Shown here piece by piece: positions 10,254 through 18,042 of a stretch of 64,000 nucleotides of DNA. Under the pieces are notes generated by a model. It did not search any database. It had not been told where the DNA came from and saw nothing but the letters and a program-made list of their open reading frames with translations. Source of the stretch: Flavobacteriales bacterium (lineage in GTDB: Bacteria; Bacteroidota; Bacteroidia; Flavobacteriales; BACL11); NCBI GenBank assembly GCA_014381465.1, contig JACNLP010000042.1, positions 64,220-128,219 of the forward strand, in the 5' to 3' direction. A program made the position numbers and the translations under genes. Numbering within the stretch: the stretch's first letter is position 1; every line of letters begins with the position of its first letter.

Positions 10254-11222
10254 ATGAAAAATTTATCAAAAGAAATTAAGGTTGGGATATTAGCCTTTAT
10301 CTCGGTAGTAATCCTTGTGTGGGGTATGAATTATTTGAAAGGAAGTAACCTTTTTGAAAATAATCGAACTTTTTATGCTGTTTATAAGGATATTGGAGGA
10401 TTGCAAGAAGGAAGTAGTGTAATGGTAAATGGTTATCAAGTTGGGATTGTAAAGGAAATAAAACTTTTAACAAAGCAAAATTTCTCTTTGCTTGTTTTAT
10501 TAAGTATTGAAAAAAATATTGACATTCCTAAAAACAGTGTTTCAAAGATTGTAAATGAGGATATTATGGGCTCTAAAGGTATTGCTCTACTTTTGGGTGA
10601 TTCTGATATAAATATTGAAGTTGGTGATACGCTAGTATCTGATATAGAAACTAGTTTGAAAGAGGAAGTAAATAAGCAGGTATTACCTTTAAAAAACAAA
10701 GCGGAAGAGTTGATTGGTTCTGTAGATTCTGTAATGATGATAGTTACTGCAGTTTTAAATAAAGATACAAGAGAGAATTTGAGAAATAGCCTTAAAAGTT
10801 TAGATGAGACATTTCTTCTTATGTCAAAATCCATGATTATGGTTGATAGTATGATTAATCAAAATGATGAAAGAATAGGCAATGTAATTGCTAATTTAGA
10901 ATCTATTACTACTAACCTAAATGGTAGTAATAATGAGATTAAAACAATACTTACAAATTTTGCTTCAATTTCTGATTCTCTTGCAAAAGCTGATATTGCT
11001 ACAGCATTAAAGAATGTAAGTGATATTACTGCTAAAATAAATAATGGGGAAGGAAGTATAGGGTTATTAATGAAGGACGATAAACTATATCAGAATTTTG
11101 AGAAATCAACTCGTGAGCTGGCTGAGTTATTGGAAGATATTAAGAAAAACCCAAGTAGATATGTTAATTTCTCAATTATAGGGGGAAGCAAAGGGTATCA
11201 AGCTCCAAAAATAAAAGAGTAA
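10254..11222 (+). CDS. MlaD/MCE-family protein
   Basis: 322 aa. N-terminal TM anchor (KVGILAFISVVILVWGMNYLKG), an MCE beta-barrel-like segment, then a long helical tail. Confidence 0.7.
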   Translation: MKNLSKEIKVGILAFISVVILVWGMNYLKGSNLFENNRTFYAVYKDIGGLQEGSSVMVNGYQVGIVKEIKLLTKQNFSLLVLLSIEKNIDIPKNSVSKIVNEDIMGSKGIALLLGDSDINIEVGDTLVSDIETSLKEEVNKQVLPLKNKAEELIGSVDSVMMIVTAVLNKDTRENLRNSLKSLDETFLLMSKSMIMVDSMINQNDERIGNVIANLESITTNLNGSNNEIKTILTNFASISDSLAKADIATALKNVSDITAKINNGEGSIGLLMKDDKLYQNFEKSTRELAELLEDIKKNPSRYVNFSIIGGSKGYQAPKIKE

Positions 11223-12535
11223 TGGGTATTTCAAACATTGTATTTTTAGTTGTATTTGCAATTGCAATTGGGTTTTTTACTAGAAACTTAAATAGGATTA
11301 TAGCAAATATAAAACTTGGAAGAGATATTGATAGATCAGATAGAACAAGGGATAGATGGAAAAATATGTTTCGAGTAGCAATGGGACAATCCAAAATGAC
11401 AAGAAGGCCAGTTGCTGGGATTTTACATATCATAGTTTATTTAGGTTTTCTTATCATCAATATTGAGATGATTGAAATTGTAGTTGATGGTATTTTTGGT
11501 ACACATAGATTTTTAGCTTCAGTACTACCAATTGGCTTATATAATTTCCTTATTGGTTCTTTTGAAGTATTAGCTATTTTAGTGCTTTTAGCATGTGCAA
11601 TCTTCTTGGTAAGAAGAAACATTATAAGAATAAAGCGTTTTTGGAGTAAGGAAATGACTTCTTGGCCAAGAACAGATGCGAACCTTATTCTTGTTTTTGA
11701 AATATTATTAATGTCAGCTTTCTTGATTATGAATGCTACTGATAGTTTATTAATTGCAGCTGGTGCTGAACATTATACCACTTCATTTTCTAATCCTATT
11801 AGTCAACATTTTCAGTTCTTTTTTAGTGGTTTAGAAACCTCAACTTTAGTTTTTATTGAGCGATTTGCTTGGTGGTTTCATATTCTAGGTATTTTAGGAT
11901 TTATGAATTATGTATTGATTTCTAAACACTTACATATTTTCTTTGCTTTCCCAAGTACATATTTTGCTAATTTAAATCCTTTAGGGCAGTTCAATAATTT
12001 AGAATCGGTTACTAATGAAGTGAAATTAATGATGGATCCTAATGCTGATCCGTATGCAGCACCACCTGCTGATGCTCCTGCACCAGAATCATTTGGAGCA
12101 AAGGATGCAACTGATTTAAATTGGGTTCAGTTATTAAATTCTTATAGTTGTACGGAATGTGGTAGATGTACTGATAATTGTCCTGCAAACCAGACTGGAA
12201 AATTACTTTCTCCAAGAAAAGTAATGATGGACACAAGAGATAGAATTACTGAAATAGCAGACAACAAAAGAAAAGGAGTAGAGGATACTAAAGCTTTATT
12301 AGGGGATTATATTACTGCAGAGGAATTATGGGCATGTACAAGTTGTAATGCTTGTACAGATGCTTGCCCGATTGAGTTAGATCCACTTTCTATCATTTTA
12401 GATATGAGAAGGTATTTAGTGATGGAAGAATCAGCTGCACCAACTGAGCTGAATATGATGTTTACAAATGTAGAAAATAATGGTGCTCCTTGGCAGTTCC
12501 CTGCATCAGATAGATTAAATTGGAAAGATGAGTAA
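11222..12535 (+). CDS. Membrane-integral Fe-S oxidoreductase subunit (NarI/DsrM-like TM domain fused to 2x[4Fe-4S] ferredoxin domain)
   Basis: 437 aa. About 5-6 hydrophobic helices with conserved His, followed by CTECGRCTDNCP and CTSCNACTDACP cluster motifs. Confidence 0.7.
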   Translation: MGISNIVFLVVFAIAIGFFTRNLNRIIANIKLGRDIDRSDRTRDRWKNMFRVAMGQSKMTRRPVAGILHIIVYLGFLIINIEMIEIVVDGIFGTHRFLASVLPIGLYNFLIGSFEVLAILVLLACAIFLVRRNIIRIKRFWSKEMTSWPRTDANLILVFEILLMSAFLIMNATDSLLIAAGAEHYTTSFSNPISQHFQFFFSGLETSTLVFIERFAWWFHILGILGFMNYVLISKHLHIFFAFPSTYFANLNPLGQFNNLESVTNEVKLMMDPNADPYAAPPADAPAPESFGAKDATDLNWVQLLNSYSCTECGRCTDNCPANQTGKLLSPRKVMMDTRDRITEIADNKRKGVEDTKALLGDYITAEELWACTSCNACTDACPIELDPLSIILDMRRYLVMEESAAPTELNMMFTNVENNGAPWQFPASDRLNWKDE

Positions 12536-12944
12536 GTTAGTAGAGAAAATTGTGGATGGAGAGCATATTTCTCCTGTTTTGCCAGATGATATTAAGAATT
12601 ATTTGATTGATATTGATGGTACAATTTGTGATGATATTCCGAATGAAGAGCCAGAAAGGATGGTAACTGCAAAGTTATATCCTGATGCATTGGAAACTTT
12701 GAATAAATGGCATGAACAGGGGCATTACATTACTTTTTTTACATCTAGAGTTGAAGAACATAGGGAAGTAACGGAGGTGTGGTTGAAAGAAAATGGGTTT
12801 AAGTACCATGGACTGCTAATGGGTAAACCAAGAGGAGGAAATTACCATTGGGTAGATAATCATATTGTAAGAGCTACTAGGTTTGATGGGAAGTTTACTG
12901 ATTTGGTAGAAAAAGATGTAACAATTCAAGTTTTTAAATCATAA
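12528..12944 (+). CDS. HAD-superfamily phosphatase-like protein
   Basis: 138 aa. IDIDGTICDD matches the HAD motif I DxDxT. Its start overlaps the upstream stop by 8 nt, and it sits between the two Fe-S subunit genes. Confidence 0.45.
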   Translation: MSKLVEKIVDGEHISPVLPDDIKNYLIDIDGTICDDIPNEEPERMVTAKLYPDALETLNKWHEQGHYITFFTSRVEEHREVTEVWLKENGFKYHGLLMGKPRGGNYHWVDNHIVRATRFDGKFTDLVEKDVTIQVFKS

Positions 12945-12948
12945 AGGA

Positions 12949-13728
12949 ATGAGTGAATTACAAGTAAAAACAATGGCCGAGTTTATGGCTGAAGGGAAAG
13001 AAGCTGAACTTCTTTTTTGGGTAGGAAGTGCAGGTAGTTTTGATGATAGAGCAAAAAAGATTACAAAAGCTTTTGTTCAAATTATGAATAAAGCAAATGT
13101 AAACTTTGGTGTATTAGGTTCAGAAGAATCATCAAGTGGAGATGCTGCAAAGCGTGCCGGAAATGAGTTTTTGTTCCAAATGCAAGCCATGATGAATATT
13201 GAGGTGATGAACGGCTATAATGTAAAACGAATTGTAACGACTTGCCCGCATTCGTATAATACTCTTAAAAACGAGTATAAAGGTTTGGGTGGTGATTATA
13301 AAGTACAGCATCACACTGAGTTTATAGCTGAACTTTTAGCTGAAGGGAAACTAAAGATTACAGGAAATTTAAACGGAACAAAGATTACTTATCATGACCC
13401 ATGTTATTTAGGGAGAGCCAATAATGTATATGATATCCCTAGGGAGTTGATTAAATCATTGGGTGTTGAGTTGGTGGAAATGAAAAGAAGTAAGCGTAAA
13501 TCATTCTGTTGTGGTGCAGGTGGTGCGCAAATGTTTAAAGAACCTGAAAATGGAGCGCAAGACATTAACATCAACCGTACAGAAGAAGCTTTAGGATTGA
13601 AACCAGATATTATTGCTACTGCTTGTCCGTTTTGTAATACTATGATGACAGATGGTGTGAAATCTGTAGATGAAGGAGCTGCAGAGGTAAAAGATATTGC
13701 TGAACTGATTGCAGAAAATATTTTGTAG
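12949..13728 (+). CDS. (Fe-S)-binding protein with two CCG (cysteine-rich) domains, HdrD/GlpC/DsrK C-terminal type
   Basis: 259 aa. Has TTCPHSYNT...DPCYLGR and FCCGAGG...TACPFCN motifs. Confidence 0.7.
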   Translation: MSELQVKTMAEFMAEGKEAELLFWVGSAGSFDDRAKKITKAFVQIMNKANVNFGVLGSEESSSGDAAKRAGNEFLFQMQAMMNIEVMNGYNVKRIVTTCPHSYNTLKNEYKGLGGDYKVQHHTEFIAELLAEGKLKITGNLNGTKITYHDPCYLGRANNVYDIPRELIKSLGVELVEMKRSKRKSFCCGAGGAQMFKEPENGAQDININRTEEALGLKPDIIATACPFCNTMMTDGVKSVDEGAAEVKDIAELIAENIL

Positions 13729-13731
13729 TTT

Positions 13732-13759
13732 GTCATCCTGAATGAAATGAAGGATCTCG
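13732..13759 (+). repeat. REP-like 28-nt unit (GTCATCCTGAATGAAATGAAGGATCTCG)
   Basis: Member of a dispersed family seen at seven or more positions in this window. Has an internal ATCCT/AGGAT stem. Starts 4 nt after the stop of the upstream gene. Confidence 0.7.
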
Positions 13760-13826
13760 TTTTTTAATATGAATAATTTTAACTGAGATGTTTAGACAAT
13801 ATCAACATGACAAAAACACAATAACT

Positions 13827-14291
13827 ATGCTAACTGACTTTAACAACCTACCAGATTCCTCTCGTATTTGGGTGTATGCATCAGATGCTGCTCTTTCTGA
13901 GGAACAACAAAGAGTTATTTCTACAAAAATAGGGGAATATCTAAAAACTTGGGAGTACCATAAAAATCCACTTACTGCAGCTGTTACTATCTTAGAAAAC
14001 CACTTTATTATTATTGCATTAGATGACTCAGAATATGGAGTAGGAGGTTGTTCTATTGACTCTTTACAGAGAATAATTTTGGATTTAGAGAAAGAGTTAT
14101 CCTTGTCTTTTTTGAATAGGTTGAATGTATTTTGCAAAATTGATAATGAAATACAATGTATTCCTTCTTTTAAATTAGGAACTATTGCAAAAGCTGATAC
14201 CCTTTTTTATGACCTTACCATACTTACCAAAAGTGATTTGAACACTTATTTAAAACCAATTAGTAAGGGTTGGTGTGTACATTTGCTATAA
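13827..14291 (+). CDS. Conserved Bacteroidota hypothetical protein (family often mislabelled 'ABC transporter ATPase')
   Basis: The MLTDFNNLPDSSRIWVY... start at 13827 is preferred because the track's 13788 start lies in repeat-derived sequence. The last 39 codons are duplicated as a remnant at 15857-15973. Confidence 0.6.
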   Translation: MLTDFNNLPDSSRIWVYASDAALSEEQQRVISTKIGEYLKTWEYHKNPLTAAVTILENHFIIIALDDSEYGVGGCSIDSLQRIILDLEKELSLSFLNRLNVFCKIDNEIQCIPSFKLGTIAKADTLFYDLTILTKSDLNTYLKPISKGWCVHLL

Positions 14292-14365
14292 GTTAAGTTT
14301 AGCCTGTATAAGTAGTGTAACCTACTGAAAACCAAAACTTCCATTTTTTTTTACTCTTTTTTGTA

Positions 14366-14373
14366 TATCTTTG
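14366..14373 (+). promoter_or_regulatory. Candidate Bacteroidota -7 promoter box TATCTTTG
   Basis: Matches TAnnTTTG, 28 nt upstream of the ATG at 14402. Confidence 0.35.
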
Positions 14374-14401
14374 GCATACAATAACCAATACATATATTGA
14401 G

Positions 14402-15187
14402 ATGAAAAAACTATTTACCCTTTTAGCAGCAGTACTTTTTACAATTCAGATACAGGCACAATGCATTACAGGGATGCCAAATGACACAGCTATTTGTAGT
14501 TATAATCTTGGTGGGGGCAATAGCCTTCCTTTTACATTAGGTGGTAACCCAAGTATTGTTGGGGGAGTAGCTCCTTTTAATTATTCTTGGTCTATTGATA
14601 CATTTACTGCATTTCCTTTCTCGCCAACTCTTAATTATGTTGTTTATGCTTCTCATTTTTTAGATGATACTACTTCTTCAAACCCAACTTTAAACTCTTT
14701 GTTTTATAGTGGTGGTTCTCAAGTTTTCTATCTTACTATTACAGATGCAAATGGACTAAGTTGTGTTGATACCTTTAGATGTCATAGTTCTGAGTGGATG
14801 ATTACTATGTGGGATGCTGGGGATAATGTAATTCTAGGAGATAGTATTGAAATATTTCCAAATGTTGGGATGGAAGGTGCAATTGCTCCATTTACTTATG
14901 TATGGTCACCATCAACCTTTCTTTCTGATACAACTGTGTGTTGTCCTTGGTCAAGTCCAACTACTTTTATTAGTTATTCGGTAGTTGTTACAGACTCTAT
15001 TGGTTGCCAGATTAGTTCGTCTTTTGATGTTTTTGTATTGCCGACATCAATTGAAGAACAAAGTCAAAACAAAACCCTTTTAAAAGTAACTGATGTACTG
15101 GGTAGAAAATCAAAGGGAACAAAAAACACACCTCTCTTTTACATATATGATGACGGAACTGTAGAAAAGAAAATAATAATAGAGTAA
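14402..15187 (+). CDS. Secreted protein with T9SS type-A C-terminal sorting domain
   Basis: Signal peptide MKKLFTLLAAVLFTIQIQAQ. Cys-containing repeats (APFNYSWS, APFTYVWSPSTFLSD). The C-terminal ...KTLLKVTDVLGRKSKGTKNTPLFYIYDDGTVEKKIIIE is a typical Por-secretion tail. Confidence 0.7.
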   Translation: MKKLFTLLAAVLFTIQIQAQCITGMPNDTAICSYNLGGGNSLPFTLGGNPSIVGGVAPFNYSWSIDTFTAFPFSPTLNYVVYASHFLDDTTSSNPTLNSLFYSGGSQVFYLTITDANGLSCVDTFRCHSSEWMITMWDAGDNVILGDSIEIFPNVGMEGAIAPFTYVWSPSTFLSDTTVCCPWSSPTTFISYSVVVTDSIGCQISSSFDVFVLPTSIEEQSQNKTLLKVTDVLGRKSKGTKNTPLFYIYDDGTVEKKIIIE

Positions 15188-15188
15188 T

Positions 15189-15261
15189 GTCATTGCGAAC
15201 AAAGTGAAGCATCTACAGTTATAAAAGTATATGTAGATTTTTCGGCTAACGCTAAAATGAC
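15189..15261. repeat. REP-like hairpin, two inverted units of the GTCAT...ATCTAC family
   Basis: GTCATTGCGAACAAAGTGAAGCATCTACA (15189-15217) faces its inverted partner TGTAGATTTTTCGGCTAACGCTAAAATGAC (15232-15261). Begins 2 nt after the stop of the upstream gene. Confidence 0.7.
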
Positions 15262-15280
15262 ATTCTTTAATAAAGTAATT

Positions 15281-15351
15281 GTCATTCTGAATGAAATGAA
15301 GAATCTACAGTTAATTGCATTTTTAGTTTCTTCACAAGTGCTCAGGAAGAC
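15281..15351. repeat. REP-like hairpin, second inverted pair of the same family
   Basis: GTCATTCTGAATGAAATGAAGAATCTAC (15281-15308) faces a partner at 15323-15351, whose reverse complement is GTCTTCCTGAGCACTTGTGAAGAAACTA. Confidence 0.65.
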
Positions 15352-15383
15352 ATTTTTTAGTTGATTTTTTTTAGAAATAAAAC

Positions 15384-15692
15384 ATGAAAGACCATAATTA
15401 CTTTGTCTATGTCATAACGAATAAAAGCAAATCAGTTTTATATACTGGCGTTACGAATGATTTAATTGTTAGATTACATCAACACAGGGAAGATGCTCTT
15501 GGTAATCAAAAACATTTTGCAGGAAGATATTCATGTTATTATCTTTTATTCTTTGAAAGGTTTGGAAATATTGACCAAGCAATTGCAAGGGAAAAACAAA
15601 TTAAAGGTTGGAAAAGAGAAAGAAAAATTGATTTAATATCATCCTTTAATAAGGATTGGAAATTTTTAAATGATACTATTGAAGAATTATAA
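15384..15692 (+). CDS. GIY-YIG nuclease family protein (small stand-alone URI-domain type)
   Basis: 102 aa. Has YFVYVITNKSKSVLYTGVTNDLIVRLHQHR, then ...REKQIKGWKRERK, the classic GIY-(x10)-YTG plus R and E core. Confidence 0.85.
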   Translation: MKDHNYFVYVITNKSKSVLYTGVTNDLIVRLHQHREDALGNQKHFAGRYSCYYLLFFERFGNIDQAIAREKQIKGWKRERKIDLISSFNKDWKFLNDTIEEL

Positions 15693-15702
15693 ATAAGGAA
15701 TT

Positions 15703-15733
15703 TGTAGATCCGTTCACATTCGTTCAGGATGAC
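15703..15733 (-). repeat. REP-like unit in inverted orientation
   Basis: The reverse complement reads GTCATCCTGAACGAATGTGAACGGATCTACA. With the 15281 unit it brackets the GIY-YIG gene as an inverted repeat. Confidence 0.65.
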
Positions 15734-15856
15734 ACCTTTTTTTACAACTCAGAAAATCTCTTTATTTCTTTAATCTTGTTCTTTAAAAGAATACTGAAAT
15801 TTACCTTTTCTTTTAAGTTGTTTTTCTGTTTTATCTTTTGTCGTTTTGCTATTAAT

Positions 15857-15973
15857 TTAGGAACTATTGCAAATGCTGACACCCTTTTTTACGACCTTAC
15901 CATACTTACAAAAAGTGATTTGAACACTTATTTAAAACCTATAGAAGAGGGGTGGTGTAGTTGCTTTCTATAA
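15857..15973 (+). pseudogene. Orphan 3'-end fragment duplicating the last 39 codons of the 13827-14291 gene
   Basis: Ungapped hand alignment with 14175-14291 gives 99/117 identical nt, and 79/83 over the first 83 nt. Same frame and same stop position. Translation LGTIANADTLFYDLTILTKSDLNTYLKPIEEGWCSCFL versus LGTIAKADTLFYDLTILTKSDLNTYLKPISKGWCVHLL. The upstream part of the listed 65-aa ORF has no homology. Confidence 0.75.
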
Positions 15974-16020
15974 TGTTTATTTGCTTGTCGTTACGATTAA
16001 CTCGTTTTATAGAATTCGCC

Positions 16021-16785
16021 TTAACAAATGCTTTTTATCAACCTCAATTTATGTGTGTGATTTCCAATTTCAGTATTAAAAATTCCTTGTTGGTCAATCC
16101 TATCAATTCTAACTTTTCCTGATGCATGAATAATATGGTTATCCTCTAAGATAATACCAACATGAGTGATTTTTCCTTCATTGTTATCAAAAAAAGCTAA
16201 ATCACCAGCTTCTGATTCTTCTACAAAACTTAATGTAGTACCTACTTCAGCTTGTTGATATGCATCCCTTGGCAGATCAACTCCTTGCAATCTGTAAACC
16301 ATTTGAGTAAAACCAGAACAATCAATTCCTAGAGGAGAACGACCTCCCCATAAATAAGGGGCGTTTAAATACATTAAAGCATTTTCAACTATTTTTTCTT
16401 TTTTTATAAATCCTGGAGTTGTTAATCCATCAAATTGATACATTTCATTATTGATAAGAGCATGACCACTTTTGTAGGATGGTAATATGCTTCCAATAAC
16501 AATTGGTTGATGATGAGTTTTTGTAATAATGTCTAGGATATCTGTGGTGATTGTGGCAACCTCTTTATCTAATTGTTTGTAAATATCTTCCTGAATTTCC
16601 ACCCATTGCTTGTTGCATACCCATCCTTCATAGCTGTCATGAGCTAAACGGATTCTGCTCCATTTTTTTCGAACTTCTAAAACTTTAAAATGCTCCCCAA
16701 AAATAATTTGGTTCACCATTTCTGCCTGATCAGCAGCCTCAGCCCTCATTGGAACAATTGAAAGGTTAGAAATTCCGTATTTCAT
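16021..16785 (-). CDS. C40 (NlpC/P60) peptidoglycan endopeptidase with N-terminal SH3b-like domains
   Basis: 254 aa. Catalytic GIDCSGFTQMVY and ...ITHVGIILEDNHIIHASG motifs. Confidence 0.85.
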   Translation of the reverse strand: MKYGISNLSIVPMRAEAADQAEMVNQIIFGEHFKVLEVRKKWSRIRLAHDSYEGWVCNKQWVEIQEDIYKQLDKEVATITTDILDIITKTHHQPIVIGSILPSYKSGHALINNEMYQFDGLTTPGFIKKEKIVENALMYLNAPYLWGGRSPLGIDCSGFTQMVYRLQGVDLPRDAYQQAEVGTTLSFVEESEAGDLAFFDNNEGKITHVGIILEDNHIIHASGKVRIDRIDQQGIFNTEIGNHTHKLRLIKSIC

Positions 16786-17963
16786 TATATCAACTCAATA
16801 ACCATTGCAGAAGCACCACCACCACCATTACAAATTCCTGCAGCACCAACTTTACCACCATTTTGTTTTAAAACATTAATAAGTGTAACGATAATTCTTG
16901 ATCCTGAACTTCCTAGTGGATGTCCTAAAGAAACTGCACCACCATTTACATTTACCTTACTAGCATCTAAATCTAAAATTTTCATATTTGCTAAACCAAC
17001 TACTGAAAATGCTTCATTTAGTTCGCAATAATCAACATCAGTTGTTGTTAATCCTGCTTTTTTTAAAGCAATTGGTAATGCTTTAGCAGGAGCAGTAGTA
17101 AACCATTCTGGTTCATGAGCTGCATCAGCATAACTTACAATCTTAGCAAGAGGAGTAATGTTTAATTCTGCAGCTTTTTCAGCACTCATAAGTACTAATG
17201 CTGAGGCACCATCATTTAGTGTTGAAGCGTTAGCAGCTGTAACAGTTCCTTCTTTATCAAATACTGGGCGTAAAGCTGGGATTTTCTCCATTTTCACATT
17301 TTTATACTCCTCATCTTCAGTGATAACTAAAGCATCACCTCTTCTTTGAGGAACTTCAACAGAAACAATTTCATCAGAGAATTTTCCATCTTTCCATGAT
17401 TGTGTACTTCTGTTATATGATTCAATTGCAAAGGCATCTTGTTCTTCTCTTGTAAACTCCATTTCAGTAGCACATTTCTCTGCACAAACTCCCATGTGAA
17501 CTCTATTGTATACATCAGTTAAGCCATCTTTTACAAGACCATCAACTAACTTCATGTCTCCTAATTTCTGTCCTGTTCTTCCTTTTGCAAAATAATGAGG
17601 CACACTTGACATATTTTCCATTCCACCAGCAATTACAACATCATTATCTCCAGATAAAATTGTTTGTGCAGCAATCATTATCGATTTCATTCCTGAAGAA
17701 CATACTTTATTTATTGTAGTACAAGGTACATCTTGTGAAAGACCAGCAAACATTGCAGCTTGCCTAGCTGGGGCTTGCCCTAGATTTGCTTGCAAAACAT
17801 TTCCCATAAAAACTTCATCAACAATTTTATTGTCAATTCCTGCTTTTTTAATTGCTCCTTTTATTGCTGATGCTCCTAATTTTGTAGCAGATACTGATGA
17901 TAAACTTCCTCCAAAACTTCCCATTGGAGTACGCACTGCTGATACAATTACTACTTCTTTCAT
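16785..17963 (-). CDS. Acetyl-CoA C-acetyltransferase (thiolase II)
   Basis: 392 aa. Has NKVCSSGMKS (active-site Cys), NEAF, GHPLGSSG and GICNGGGGASAMVIE signatures. Confidence 0.95.
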   Translation of the reverse strand: MKEVVIVSAVRTPMGSFGGSLSSVSATKLGASAIKGAIKKAGIDNKIVDEVFMGNVLQANLGQAPARQAAMFAGLSQDVPCTTINKVCSSGMKSIMIAAQTILSGDNDVVIAGGMENMSSVPHYFAKGRTGQKLGDMKLVDGLVKDGLTDVYNRVHMGVCAEKCATEMEFTREEQDAFAIESYNRSTQSWKDGKFSDEIVSVEVPQRRGDALVITEDEEYKNVKMEKIPALRPVFDKEGTVTAANASTLNDGASALVLMSAEKAAELNITPLAKIVSYADAAHEPEWFTTAPAKALPIALKKAGLTTTDVDYCELNEAFSVVGLANMKILDLDASKVNVNGGAVSLGHPLGSSGSRIIVTLINVLKQNGGKVGAAGICNGGGGASAMVIELI

Positions 17964-18042
17964 TATATAAATATTTAGATTTTTAGATTTGGTGCGAATT
18001 TAGGTAAATTATACTTATTTTCGCTACTGACATTAACTCATT

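Noticed and set aside
15776-15973. 65-aa ORF listed as a possible gene.
   Set aside because: Only its last 39 codons have meaning, as a duplicate of the 13827-14291 gene's 3' end. The upstream 26 codons start at a TTG, are F/C/L-rich and non-homologous. It is treated as a pseudogene fragment.
17971-17991. Tandem TTTAGATTT x2 in the thiolase/HD-protein divergent spacer.
   Set aside because: It is just two copies of a 9-mer in AT-rich DNA. One copy contributes a TAGATTTG box, but that box is 51 nt from the nearest ATG. This is insufficient to call a regulatory repeat.
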